Source: Prochlorococcus sp. AG-355-O17 (GTDB lineage: Bacteria; Cyanobacteriota; Cyanobacteriia; PCC-6307; Cyanobiaceae). Taken from it: DNA of 64,000 nucleotides. Position numbers and translations under genes: made by a program. The DNA is taken from positions 64,388-128,387 of the forward strand of contig QCEK01000001.1 in assembly GCA_003280655.1 (NCBI GenBank), written 5' to 3'. This document shows, one piece after another, positions 23,153-32,932 of this stretch; within the stretch, counting starts at the first letter, position 1, and every line of letters begins with the position of its first letter. The notes under the pieces are model-generated. The model saw nothing but the letters and a program-made list of their open reading frames with translations, was not told the origin of the DNA and made no database searches.

Positions 23153-24064
23153 TTAGGGTGAATTGCTGGCTTTTTGCGCAGAAATGCATGCCCAATCTTT
23201 TCTAGTTGATACATCCAATAATTTCAAGTTATTTTGATTTAATATTTTAATAATTTCATCTTTTTGTGAATTCAGAATTCCACTGAAAATGACTTCCCCA
23301 TTGTTTCTCAAAGACTTATAAATATTTGGAATCATTCCTTTTATTACTTCGGCAAGAATATTGCATAAAACAAAATCAAATTTTTTGAGTTGATTTTTTA
23401 AAATTACCTCATTAAAAGATCCCAAATATGTATTTAAGTTGTTTAAGTTACCGAAATTTAGTTGAAAATTAGATTTTGTTGAATTTATAGCTAAATAATC
23501 ATTATCCACTGCACAAACCTCTTTAGCGCCAAGCAATCTTGCTGCAACACTCAAAATCCCGCTACCACTCCCAATATCTAATACTCTTTTATCAGAAAAA
23601 AAAATATTCTCCATTTTTTCCAAGCAAAGATAAGTCGAAGGATGACTTCCTGTACCAAAGGCTGCTCCAGGATCAATTTTTATGATTTGTTTATCTTTAA
23701 ATTTTTCATTTAGACTCATCCAACAAGGCAATATTAAAAAATGATTTCCTACTAATTCAGGCGCCCAATATTTCTTCCAGCTTGTCAACCAATCTTCCTC
23801 TTGAATTATACTCCAATCAAAAAATTGATTCTTAGGGGCATTAATGTTTAGAAGTTTGCTAATTATTTTTTCAAAATCACACCTAGAACTCTCGCCCCAA
23901 TCATCGACTGGAAGCCAAATATTCACCTCTTTCTTATTTTCATTTTTAATTAAATATTCAAATGAAAAACTAAATATTCCCAGCTCATTTAATTTCCAAA
24001 TAATAATTTCTTCCGAATCACTTTCTATCGGAAAAGTTAGTTTATACCAATCTTTAATTGCCAT
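23153..24064 (-). CDS. prmA: Ribosomal protein L11 methyltransferase
   Basis: [30 protein letters not shown]. Confidence 0.96.
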   Translation of the reverse strand: MAIKDWYKLTFPIESDSEEIIIWKLNELGIFSFSFEYLIKNENKKEVNIWLPVDDWGESSRCDFEKIISKLLNINAPKNQFFDWSIIQEEDWLTSWKKYWAPELVGNHFLILPCWMSLNEKFKDKQIIKIDPGAAFGTGSHPSTYLCLEKMENIFFSDKRVLDIGSGSGILSVAARLLGAKEVCAVDNDYLAINSTKSNFQLNFGNLNNLNTYLGSFNEVILKNQLKKFDFVLCNILAEVIKGMIPNIYKSLRNNGEVIFSGILNSQKDEIIKILNQNNLKLLDVSTRKDWACISAQKASNSP

Positions 24065-24081
24065 TAATAGAGTTGGTCTCT

Positions 24082-25668
24082 TTATAGAGTAACTGGATTA
24101 GCGTTGGTAATTCCCTCTACTTCAATAATGGTTTCAAGCAACTTATTAGGAATTGGATCATCAATACTTAGAACCATAACAGCTTCTCCTCTAACAATTT
24201 TGCGCCCAACTTGCATCGAGGCAATATTTACATTGTTGCTACCTAATAAAGACCCCAGCTTGCCAATAATGCCCGGCATATCTCTGTGCCTAGTAACCAA
24301 CATATATCTGCTTGGCGATACGTTAACCGGGTATTGATCAATACTAATAATTCTTAATTCCCCATCAGCAAAAATGCTTCCTGCTACACTATGGTCGCCA
24401 TTATCTCCATAAGTGGTTAATTGAAGCGAACCACTAGCAAATTCAGGTCTTGCCTCATCTTTATTCTCGACTACTGAAATACCCCTTGAATCTGCTTCTA
24501 GCGAAGCATTCACATAATTAATCCTATCTCCCAAAGCTTTACTTAGTAGGCCTTTAAGACTAGCTATTATTAATGGCTGGGAAGGATGTTGAACAAATTC
24601 GCCTTGAAGCCTCACCTCTAGTTTTTGAATCTGTCCACCTGAAAGCTGGCTTATAAGCAGGCCCATTGTCTCAGCCAACTGCAAATGAGGTTTCAGACTA
24701 TCCATAATATCAGGGCTCAAACCTGGTATATTTACTGCTGTTCTAGCAGATAAACCAAGCAAGACATCTCTTATTTGTTCCGCAACATCAACAGCTACAT
24801 TTTCTTGTGCTTCCCGAGTAGATGCTCCTAAGTGTGGTGTAAGGATAAGATTCTTTTCAACCTTCAAAAGTGGTGAATCAGATTCCAAAGGTTCTTTAGA
24901 AAAGACATCTATTGCAGCACCTGCAATCAATGATTTATTTAAAGCTTCTGCTAATGCCTCTTCGTCAATTAAGCCTCCTCGAGCACAATTTATTAATTTT
25001 GCGCTACTTTTCATACTTTTAAGCACGTCTATATTTACTAAATTTTCTGTCTCTGGTGTGCGAGGCAAATGCAAAGATACATAATCGGATTGTTGGAATA
25101 AATCCTCTAGTTCAGATAGTTTAACTTGTATTTGTTGAGCTCTTTCAGTGGAAACAAAAGGATCATATCCGTAAACTTCCATTCCTAATGCATTAGCAAC
25201 TTTCGCTACATGAGCACCAATTTTCCCTAGACCTAATACACCTAATTTTTTCTTATAAAGCTCATTCCCAATAAATTTCTTTCTCTCCCACTTACCTGAC
25301 AAAGTACTACTATTAGCAATTGGAATATGTCTAGATAAGGCCAACATCATAGCTATAGTATGTTCAGCAGCGGCTATTGTGTTGCCTCCTGGAGAATTAA
25401 CAACAAGAACTCCTTTTTGCGTAGCAGCCTTAACATCGACATTATCGACTCCAACTCCCGCTCTTCCAATAATTCTCAGTTTACTCGAAGAGTTAATAAT
25501 TTCTTCAGTAACTTGAGTGCCAGAGCGAATCATTAAAGCATCATAATCTTGAATAATGGAAGCTAGCTCAGAGCCTGAGATTCCTATTTTCTGATCAACC
25601 TGAGCAACTTTTGAAAGAATATCGATTCCTGTTTGATCAATTGGATCTGTAATGAGAACTTTTGTCAT
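24082..25668 (-). CDS. serA: D-3-phosphoglycerate dehydrogenase
   Basis: [23 protein letters not shown] and a C-terminal ACT domain. Confidence 0.98.
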   Translation of the reverse strand: MTKVLITDPIDQTGIDILSKVAQVDQKIGISGSELASIIQDYDALMIRSGTQVTEEIINSSSKLRIIGRAGVGVDNVDVKAATQKGVLVVNSPGGNTIAAAEHTIAMMLALSRHIPIANSSTLSGKWERKKFIGNELYKKKLGVLGLGKIGAHVAKVANALGMEVYGYDPFVSTERAQQIQVKLSELEDLFQQSDYVSLHLPRTPETENLVNIDVLKSMKSSAKLINCARGGLIDEEALAEALNKSLIAGAAIDVFSKEPLESDSPLLKVEKNLILTPHLGASTREAQENVAVDVAEQIRDVLLGLSARTAVNIPGLSPDIMDSLKPHLQLAETMGLLISQLSGGQIQKLEVRLQGEFVQHPSQPLIIASLKGLLSKALGDRINYVNASLEADSRGISVVENKDEARPEFASGSLQLTTYGDNGDHSVAGSIFADGELRIISIDQYPVNVSPSRYMLVTRHRDMPGIIGKLGSLLGSNNVNIASMQVGRKIVRGEAVMVLSIDDPIPNKLLETIIEVEGITNANPVTL

Positions 25669-25767
25669 TTAAGATTGGTTCTTTAATCTTTTACTTTAAC
25701 TTAATCTATAGTGTATGTATCTTATTTTATTAATTTGAATAACACACAAACATTTGAGGATTGAAAT

Positions 25768-26334
25768 TTGACTAAAAGTATCGTGATATTTGAAGACATT
25801 GATAAATGTATCCAACTATTTGAAGTGTTCAAAGAAAAATCAGTAATGCTCTCTGAAGCTATTTTGATCCCACCAATACGTGAGAAAATATCATCAGACG
25901 AAACAGAATTACTGAATGAGAAAGCAAATATCTTATTCAAATCTAAAAATTTTGAAGATATAAGAATCTTAAATCCTAAACTTGATAGAAAGATCAGACA
26001 ACAAGATATGAGTAGATGGCTAATGCCTTTTGGTTTTGTAGCTGGAATAGCTTTTTCTAATATGACTAATTTATCTACCTTCAGCTTTCTTGGTTTAAAT
26101 AACATCGGGGAATCATTAATTGGAGGTCTTTTGGGAATGGGTTCAGGATATTTAGGGAGCATTGTTTCTTCTGCAAGTATCAACATTAATAGAAATAAAG
26201 AGTTAAGATCGATCATTAATTTTAATAAGGAGGGTAAATGGCTTGTTCTACTTGAAAATCAAATTGGAGCTGAATTACCATGGGCGTTGATAAAACAATC
26301 AGAAGCAAAAGATATAATTTTTTTAGAAGGCTAA
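25768..26334 (+). CDS. Conserved membrane protein
   Basis: Two Gly-rich hydrophobic segments; abuts the next gene. Confidence 0.7.
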   Translation: MTKSIVIFEDIDKCIQLFEVFKEKSVMLSEAILIPPIREKISSDETELLNEKANILFKSKNFEDIRILNPKLDRKIRQQDMSRWLMPFGFVAGIAFSNMTNLSTFSFLGLNNIGESLIGGLLGMGSGYLGSIVSSASININRNKELRSIINFNKEGKWLVLLENQIGAELPWALIKQSEAKDIIFLEG

Positions 26335-27126
26335 ATGATTGACCTAAAAGAGATCTTATTAAATTCAAACTACAAAAAAGAAACTGAGGAATTAATAAAT
26401 ATTGCTAACTTAGCTTACAAACACTGGGAAACTTATTGGACTGGATTTAACTCAACTTATGTTTGCGAGGAGATTTTAAAAGATTTTGAGAATTTAAATG
26501 ATTTCAAATTTTTTATTTATGGAGGATTCTCATCTTCTCAAAGATCTAGGATAGCTTGCTTTAGAGGAGATAATATTCCTGAAGAGGATGCGCTAAAAAG
26601 TAATTTTCCAGCTCAAGGAATAAAAATTATTGGAAATTTTTTATTTGATAATGCCACACAAGACGACTTTAGATCCCTCTTAATTGAAAATGGGGTTAAT
26701 CAAATAGAAGTTGGAGATATATGGACTATTGGCGACAGGGGGGCACAAGGGATAATTGATAATTCAGATATTACCCATCTAGATGAAAAGATTTTTTATT
26801 TAAGGGACGTAAAAGTAAAAGTTAATGTAGTAGATATAGATGAATTACAAATACCTTCTGGAAGATCAAAAAAACTTATCAATACAGTAGAAGCTTCAAC
26901 AAGATTAGATGCTATAGCATCAGCTGGCTTTAGGGTATCACGAACCAAAATCATTGAAAGGATAGAAAATGGAATGCTCAGATTAAATGGAAGCAAAGTT
27001 AATAAGCCAACAATTAATCTAAAAATTGGCGACAAACTAGAACTTGAAAATAAAGGATTTATCGAAATTCTAAATTTAGAAATAACCAAAAGAGAACGAT
27101 GGAAAGTTAAATTACTTAGAAAATGA
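26335..27126 (+). CDS. YlmH/Sll1252-type S4-domain RNA-binding protein
   Basis: FxGG...R.R motif, ASTRLDAIASAGF..SR, S4 domain. Confidence 0.9.
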   Translation: MIDLKEILLNSNYKKETEELINIANLAYKHWETYWTGFNSTYVCEEILKDFENLNDFKFFIYGGFSSSQRSRIACFRGDNIPEEDALKSNFPAQGIKIIGNFLFDNATQDDFRSLLIENGVNQIEVGDIWTIGDRGAQGIIDNSDITHLDEKIFYLRDVKVKVNVVDIDELQIPSGRSKKLINTVEASTRLDAIASAGFRVSRTKIIERIENGMLRLNGSKVNKPTINLKIGDKLELENKGFIEILNLEITKRERWKVKLLRK

Positions 27127-27175
27127 AACGCAACCTGCTATTTTCTTATAAGGGGGATTAAAAATTCCTCAATTG

Positions 27176-27247
27176 GGGCGATTAGCTCAGTGGTAGAGCA
27201 CTACCTCGACACGGTAGTGGCCACTGGTTCGAATCCAGTATCGCCCA
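27176..27247 (+). tRNA. tRNA-Val(GAC)
   Basis: Acceptor GGGCGAT/ATCGCCC, D-arm AGCTCAGTGGTAGAGC, anticodon arm CTACC-TC-GAC-AC-GGTAG, T-arm CTGG-TTCGAAT-CCAG; CCA not encoded. Confidence 0.98.
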
Positions 27248-27314
27248 TTAAAACTTTTGACGACCTAGGTTATATCCACAAAAAATAATTTCATTTTTTA
27301 GATTATTAAAAAAG

Positions 27315-27932
27315 ATGAAACTTAATCAAATAATTAATTTACATAAGGGTCTCACTGCATTTGTAGTGGTAGGTCTGATGATTCTTTTTGACAATTTTAC
27401 GATCGCTCCCTACGTGTATTTAGCTCTGCATGGTACTTATGGATTACTTTGGCTTCTAAAAGAAAAGATATTCCCAGATCCTAATTTTAAAGAAAAAATC
27501 AATTTTTTAACTTCAGTTACTGGTTTTATTTTCCTTGGAAGTTACTGGGTAGCTCCCTATATTCTTATCTCATCTCAGAAATCTGTTCCAAATATCGTAA
27601 TAGCTGCATCTGTATCTATAAATATAATTGGTGTGTTTTTACACTTTGCTAGTGATGCCCAAAAATATTTTTCTCTTAAATTAAAAAAAGATCTAATTAA
27701 AGAAGGATTTTTCAAAAATATAAGGAATACAAATTATCTAGGAGAAATACTAATTTATCTATCATTCGCCATACTTTCAATGAGTTTCATACCATTAGTA
27801 ATTCTTGCAATATTTTTCTCTATAGTTTTTCTACCAAGAATGATAAAAAAAGATAAATCGCTCTCAAAATATGATTCATTCGAAGAATACAAAAAGAAAA
27901 GTGGTCTTATATTGCCTAAATTAAATGCCTGA
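27315..27932 (+). CDS. DUF1295 / isoprenylcysteine-methyltransferase-like membrane protein
   Basis: Multi-TM, SDAQK...GFFKNIRNTNYLGE, Y.EYKK. Confidence 0.7.
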   Translation: MKLNQIINLHKGLTAFVVVGLMILFDNFTIAPYVYLALHGTYGLLWLLKEKIFPDPNFKEKINFLTSVTGFIFLGSYWVAPYILISSQKSVPNIVIAASVSINIIGVFLHFASDAQKYFSLKLKKDLIKEGFFKNIRNTNYLGEILIYLSFAILSMSFIPLVILAIFFSIVFLPRMIKKDKSLSKYDSFEEYKKKSGLILPKLNA

Positions 27933-28476
27933 TAACAACTTACCCAGTTGGAGGCAAGATTTAAAATCTTCTAGAAAAAAAGAGGGCAAATCACCCTCGA
28001 ATAGATGGATACAGCTTGCAACAGTCAGCGAACAAAATGAGCCAAGATTAAGAACAGTTGTTTTCAGAGGATGGCATAAAGATAGTTCAATGATTATTTT
28101 TACAGATAGAAGAAGTGAAAAAATTGGGCATTTAAAATCTAACCCTAATGCAGAGATATTATGGTTCTTTTTGAAAACCAAATCACAATATAGATTCAAA
28201 GGAAAAATATATGAATTAAGTGATAATAAAAATTATTGGGATTTATTATCAGAAAAATCAAAATCTTCTTGGTTTTGGGGATCTCCTGGAGAGAAAATAA
28301 ACCCAAAATTCCAATCTACTTATGAAATATTATCCAATCTACCCAAGTCAGAAAATTTTGTAGTTCTAAATTTTGAAATCGATTCAGTAGATCTTCTTAA
28401 ATTAGAACAGCCTGTTCACAAACGATATCTTTGGGAAAAGATTAAGAAATGGGAAAAAGTTGAAATTAATCCTTAA
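27925..28476 (+). CDS. Pyridoxamine 5'-phosphate oxidase-like FMN-binding protein
   Basis: QLATV...PRLRTVVFRG...TDRRSEK...QYRFKG. Confidence 0.85.
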   Translation: MPDNNLPSWRQDLKSSRKKEGKSPSNRWIQLATVSEQNEPRLRTVVFRGWHKDSSMIIFTDRRSEKIGHLKSNPNAEILWFFLKTKSQYRFKGKIYELSDNKNYWDLLSEKSKSSWFWGSPGEKINPKFQSTYEILSNLPKSENFVVLNFEIDSVDLLKLEQPVHKRYLWEKIKKWEKVEINP

Positions 28477-28550
28477 ATATTTCTAAATTGTATATTTAGG
28501 TTGAAAAACATATAGTGATCAGTCAGTTTTAAAAAAGAAGTATTACTCAT

Positions 28551-28724
28551 ATGAATTTCTCAGAAATTCCCGAAAACCCTTTTATTTTTTTATCTTGGGT
28601 TACAGCTATAGGGCTATTTATAAGTCTTTCTGAAGCAACAATAAAGATAAAACTTGAGAAGAGAAACTGTTATCGAAAAAGGTTAGAGCTAATCAATAAC
28701 CTTTATCCTAAAAAGTTAGCTTGA
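28551..28724 (+). CDS. Small single-TM protein (57 aa), not in ORF track
   Basis: Hand translation MNFSEIPENPFIFLSWVTAIGLFISLSEATIKIKLEKRNCYRKRLELINNLYPKKLA. Confidence 0.5.
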   Translation: MNFSEIPENPFIFLSWVTAIGLFISLSEATIKIKLEKRNCYRKRLELINNLYPKKLA

Positions 28725-29267
28725 AGTATCTGAAAGTATGTTCGCTTGCAAAAATTGAAATAAGCCACCTTTACTTGTTTCTTCTTTAACTTCGACCTGG
28801 TTGGTAGGTTTTGCCTTTGTTGAAAATATATTTTCCTCTTCATCTTCTGATTTCAAAATTCTGATAATGACTTCATCTAAGGAGAAATTACCGGGACCTG
28901 TTAATGCAATTGAAGTTGCTGAAGCAAAATACAAAAGTAAAAGCTCTAGTAAGAAAATATTAAAACCTGAAGTAACAAGAGCATGATATATTGCCACAGA
29001 AATTGTTCCAACAATTGCCAAAGCTCCAAACCTTGTAGCTAAACCGATAATTAGCAACCAACTACCACCTATTTCTGAGAATGCAGCTATGTATGATAAA
29101 AATATTGGAAATGGAAGATGTAAAGGTCTGACAAAAGCATCAGCGAAATTTTCAATGTTTGCTAATTTCTCATAACCGTGATGAATAAGAACAGTTCCAG
29201 TTATAACTCTAAGAATTAATAAAGCAGTATCTTTGCTAAACGACTTGGTAAGAATTGTTGAAAGCAC
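28716..29267 (-). CDS. DoxX family membrane protein
   Basis: LILRVITG...HGYEK...EIGGSWLLIIGLATR...GPGNFSLD. Confidence 0.88.
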   Translation of the reverse strand: MLSTILTKSFSKDTALLILRVITGTVLIHHGYEKLANIENFADAFVRPLHLPFPIFLSYIAAFSEIGGSWLLIIGLATRFGALAIVGTISVAIYHALVTSGFNIFLLELLLLYFASATSIALTGPGNFSLDEVIIRILKSEDEEENIFSTKAKPTNQVEVKEETSKGGLFQFLQANILSDTSS

Positions 29268-29402
29268 TATAAAAAAATTATCCTTAAGTAAAAATAACTA
29301 GTTACAGTATTCATCGTGGATTAAAGAGCAAAAGTCGTACCTAAATAAGTATTTATACTTACTTACCAAAAGTGTTATTTTCTGATTGGGAATTCAACTA
29401 AT

Positions 29403-30557
29403 TTAGAAATTATTTTTTGAAAAATTTTCTAATATTCTCTGATTTATTTTTGGAATATTTTCTTTAAATTTAAAAAACCCTCTTTTAGCAAATTTCCAAG
29501 CAAATAAATCTTCATCCCTCACAAGATTAAAAATTTTTTTATTGTGTAAATTTTTAAACTCAGTTATGAAATCATAGTTTTCTCCCACTCCAGGATAAAT
29601 AATGTCTATTTCGTTGATATTTTTAAAAGTATTTTCCAGTGAATAAGGATCAATCTGTTCAACATTATCAAATTGCTCTACAAATTCAAAGACCAAATCT
29701 TCTTTAAATTTCAAAACAGATTCAGACAATGTAATTAGTCTTTGTTCATTTTTTAAAAGGATAATAAATACTTTTTTATAGCTTGGAAGTAAATTTTTAA
29801 GGGTTGCAAGGTGGAGATCATTTTCAAACATAATCAGATTATCTGATTTAGGATCCATATCATTTTTATAAATCTCATCTTCAAATGGTATTTGATTAGA
29901 TTCTTCAAGAAAAATTTGTTGATTACTTATTTTTTCTACATTAAATCTATTATTTGAAAACTTTCTTAGGTTTGATGTTGAAAAAAGATATTGTTTTCCC
30001 TTCGTTTGTAATCCTCCGACCCATCTCCAGCTAAGAAGATTAGAGGAAGCATCTCCATCAAAAAGATATTTAAAGAAAAACTTTGCTCCCAATTGCCATG
30101 GGAGGCCTAAATTAAATATCCAAGTGCTCGCAAACCACATTCTTGTATGGTTATGCAAATAGTTGTACTGCTTTAATTCATGGACCCAAGAATTAAAAAA
30201 ATCTAATTCTGTATTGCCATTAATTGCACTTTCATATAGCTCATAATCAAAATCGAGATTGTTTTCTGAAATAAAATTTCTCCAAACTTTAGGTCTATTT
30301 TCCATCCACCCTTTCCAGTAAACTCTCCAAAATATTTCTTCAACAAATTTAGTTGAATTTTTGATTTTGTACTTACTTTTAATATCATGGATCAGATCAT
30401 ATTCCGATAATATTCTATGAGTAATGAAAGGCGATAATTTTGAAACTGAACTTTCGTTATTTGGCCCAAAATCAAAATTTCTTAATTTTGCATAATCATT
30501 AATTTTGTATTTCGCAAAATTTTCCCAGGCATTTTGAGCTTTTAATAAAAATGACAT
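29403..30557 (-). CDS. Photolyase-family protein with FAD-binding domain N-terminal (domain-inverted type)
   Basis: VSKLSPF, FVEEIFWRVYW, YLHNHTRMWFAS, DGDASSNLLSWRW in the N-terminal half; only 384 aa. Confidence 0.85.
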   Translation of the reverse strand: MSFLLKAQNAWENFAKYKINDYAKLRNFDFGPNNESSVSKLSPFITHRILSEYDLIHDIKSKYKIKNSTKFVEEIFWRVYWKGWMENRPKVWRNFISENNLDFDYELYESAINGNTELDFFNSWVHELKQYNYLHNHTRMWFASTWIFNLGLPWQLGAKFFFKYLFDGDASSNLLSWRWVGGLQTKGKQYLFSTSNLRKFSNNRFNVEKISNQQIFLEESNQIPFEDEIYKNDMDPKSDNLIMFENDLHLATLKNLLPSYKKVFIILLKNEQRLITLSESVLKFKEDLVFEFVEQFDNVEQIDPYSLENTFKNINEIDIIYPGVGENYDFITEFKNLHNKKIFNLVRDEDLFAWKFAKRGFFKFKENIPKINQRILENFSKNNF

Positions 30558-30833
30558 TTTCTCATAACTTTAAAAAATTTTTTTTTGTATTGATAGAAAT
30601 TTCAAAAATTTGCCTGCAAATTAATCCTTAAAATTTCTACTTCACTTTTAAGTAAATATGTTTTATTAAAGTATTTAATTTAAACTCCTGATCAGTACAT
30701 TTTATACTCTTAAATCGCTCTCTACATAGGAAGATATTTAGTGGTCTATTACTTTTTAGATCTAATCTTAATTTTCAAATCTTTATTTATATGATTTTTT
30801 CTAAAAGATTTTTAAATATTTATCAAAATTATT

Positions 30834-31583
30834 ATGAATAATTTATTAGTGAGAGATGTTAAGTATCTAGATGAACAATACAGAATAGGTGAAGGCATAA
30901 TTTCGGATGATGCATTCAAGCAACTTGAAAAGCTCTTTATTCCTATTGAGCCAGATTCAGATTATTTTAATCAAAAAAATAATAAACTTTTGCCAAAATT
31001 AGCCAAAGAAAACTATAAAGAATTTTTGGAAAGTTTATTAACAAAAACAAGATTAAGCATTCAACCAAAAATTGATGGCTGTGCTATTGCAATTAAATAT
31101 GTAGATGGCAAGTTTAATAAAGCTATTACAAAAAAAGGATTTGATGTCTCAAGCAAAATTAAACAAATTAAAAATGTCCCCGATTGTATTCCTATCAAAC
31201 GAGATTTTCAAATTAGAGGTGAACTATACGCTACAAACCAAGTTGCCGGCATTTCCCAAAGAATTACAAGAAAATACCTCAATGATAAGAAAGGGATTGG
31301 AGAAAGTCTCCGCTTTTGCTGTTTCCAAATACTTAATGGAAGACTTAATCAATACGAAACCCTTAACTATCTTAAAAAATGTGGCTTCAGCACCCCTGAA
31401 AGTTACTTCACAAATCATACAAGCGAAATCCAAATATATAAAAAAAATTGGTTAGAGAAAAAAATATTTGCGAAATATCCAACTAATGGGATAGTTATAA
31501 AAATAAATAGTAGGAAATTACAGTTACTTAGAGAGAAAAGTTTATCTCAAAATAACGAATGGCAATATGCAATTGAAAAATAA
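30834..31583 (+). CDS. NAD-dependent DNA ligase adenylation domain only (truncated LigA-like)
   Basis: QPKIDG (motif I), IRGELY (motif III), NGIVIK (motif IV variant); no OB, Zn-finger, HhH or BRCT domains. Confidence 0.85.
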   Translation: MNNLLVRDVKYLDEQYRIGEGIISDDAFKQLEKLFIPIEPDSDYFNQKNNKLLPKLAKENYKEFLESLLTKTRLSIQPKIDGCAIAIKYVDGKFNKAITKKGFDVSSKIKQIKNVPDCIPIKRDFQIRGELYATNQVAGISQRITRKYLNDKKGIGESLRFCCFQILNGRLNQYETLNYLKKCGFSTPESYFTNHTSEIQIYKKNWLEKKIFAKYPTNGIVIKINSRKLQLLREKSLSQNNEWQYAIEK

Positions 31584-31689
31584 TATTAAATAGTACCTTT
31601 AATCAGAGCTCACGATACTGACTTCCAGTATTTACAGTGGATAGTAATAAATTTTGGATAAATTCCAAAGCAATTTGCAGGATTACTAA

Positions 31690-32619
31690 ATGACTGCCAC
31701 TATTTCAAAACCTAAAATCTCTAACTGGGAAACATCTAATATTCCAAACCTTGCAGGCAAAACAGCGCTAATTACTGGTGCAAATAGTGGTCTTGGATAC
31801 TACACCGCAAAGGGCTTAGCAGAAAAAAATGCCCATGTTATTATAGCTTGTAGATCGCTTGAAAAAGCTTATCAAACTATCAAAAAACTTAAAGGTCTTA
31901 ATCCTGAAGGAATATTTACACCTTTAGAACTAGATTTATCAGATTTAAAAAATGTTGTTGATGTTCAGTCCAAAATTTTTGATAATTTTGAAAATTTGGA
32001 TTTACTAATCAATAATGCAGGCATTATGCATCCGCCTAAAACTCTGAGTGCCCAGGGATATGAAATACAATTTGCAGTTAATCATCTAGCTCACATGCTT
32101 TTAACCCTAAAGCTACTTCCAATTATTGAAAAAAAAGAAGAATCTAGAATAGTGACGGTTACTTCTGGAGCACAATTTTTTGGCAAAGTTGGTTGGAAAA
32201 ATCTTAAAGCCGAGAACTATTACAATAAATGGGAATCTTACTCCAATAGCAAATTGGCAAATGTAATGTTTGCTTTAGAACTAAATGAAAAATTAAAGCA
32301 CAAAAATATACTTTCTTTAGCTGCTCACCCAGGAATTGCAAAAACAAATCTCTTTACTGCTCAAAAACCAAACCCTAGTCCATTAGAAATTTTCTCCTTG
32401 GAATTATTTAGCCCTATTTTTCAAACTGCTGAGATGGGTGCTTTACCTCAACTTTTTGCAGCTACTTCACCAGATGCAAGAGGCGGTGACCATTATGGTC
32501 CTAGATTTAATTTCAGAGGTCATCCAAAATTATCCCCTACTTCTCCTTTCGCTATGAATAAAAAAGAAAGAAAAAATTTATGGGGGAAAAGCCTTGAAAT
32601 ACTTAGTAACTTTTTATAA
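31690..32619 (+). CDS. Short-chain dehydrogenase/reductase (retinol-DH/WWOX-like)
   Basis: ITGANSGLG, LINNAGIM, YSNSKLAN, AAHPG. Confidence 0.93.
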   Translation: MTATISKPKISNWETSNIPNLAGKTALITGANSGLGYYTAKGLAEKNAHVIIACRSLEKAYQTIKKLKGLNPEGIFTPLELDLSDLKNVVDVQSKIFDNFENLDLLINNAGIMHPPKTLSAQGYEIQFAVNHLAHMLLTLKLLPIIEKKEESRIVTVTSGAQFFGKVGWKNLKAENYYNKWESYSNSKLANVMFALELNEKLKHKNILSLAAHPGIAKTNLFTAQKPNPSPLEIFSLELFSPIFQTAEMGALPQLFAATSPDARGGDHYGPRFNFRGHPKLSPTSPFAMNKKERKNLWGKSLEILSNFL

Positions 32620-32880
32620 ATTTTTCATTTTTACTAACTTTAGAAAATACTTCAAGATATGTAATTCACTCTCTGAGAGTTTCATAAATTCTGTTAAGGC
32701 ATCATAATTTTTTTCATCAATTTTTTTTGACAATTTAATAAAACTATCATGGTTTTCATTAACAAAGCGCTCAGCAATCTGAGATGGAGTTAAACCCTTT
32801 TCAATTAATTCACCTGGAGCATTTTTCTCCCACTTTTCATAAAACCAAGAGAACCAATATTTTGCAGTATTTTCTTCCAT
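32614..32880 (-). CDS. Hypothetical protein, paralog of 43204-43518
   Basis: Shares WFxW, GxxPxx(I/V)AExF, F(M/L)KL(S/T)ExE(L/M)H with the other copy. Confidence 0.75.
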   Translation of the reverse strand: MEENTAKYWFSWFYEKWEKNAPGELIEKGLTPSQIAERFVNENHDSFIKLSKKIDEKNYDALTEFMKLSESELHILKYFLKLVKMKNL

Positions 32881-32932
32881 TAATTAACTTTTCTTTGCCA
32901 AATACTATAAATACTGAAGAAAGATCTCATGA

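Noticed and set aside
27176-27320. tRNA-Val as a possible prophage/island integration site
   Set aside because: No integrase nearby, and I found no duplicated tRNA 3' end (att repeat) elsewhere in the window; core genes such as murD continue downstream
31600-31689. Short hairpin ATACTG-ACTTC-CAGTAT in the leader of the SDR gene (possible riboswitch)
   Set aside because: A single 6-bp stem with no match to any aptamer consensus I know
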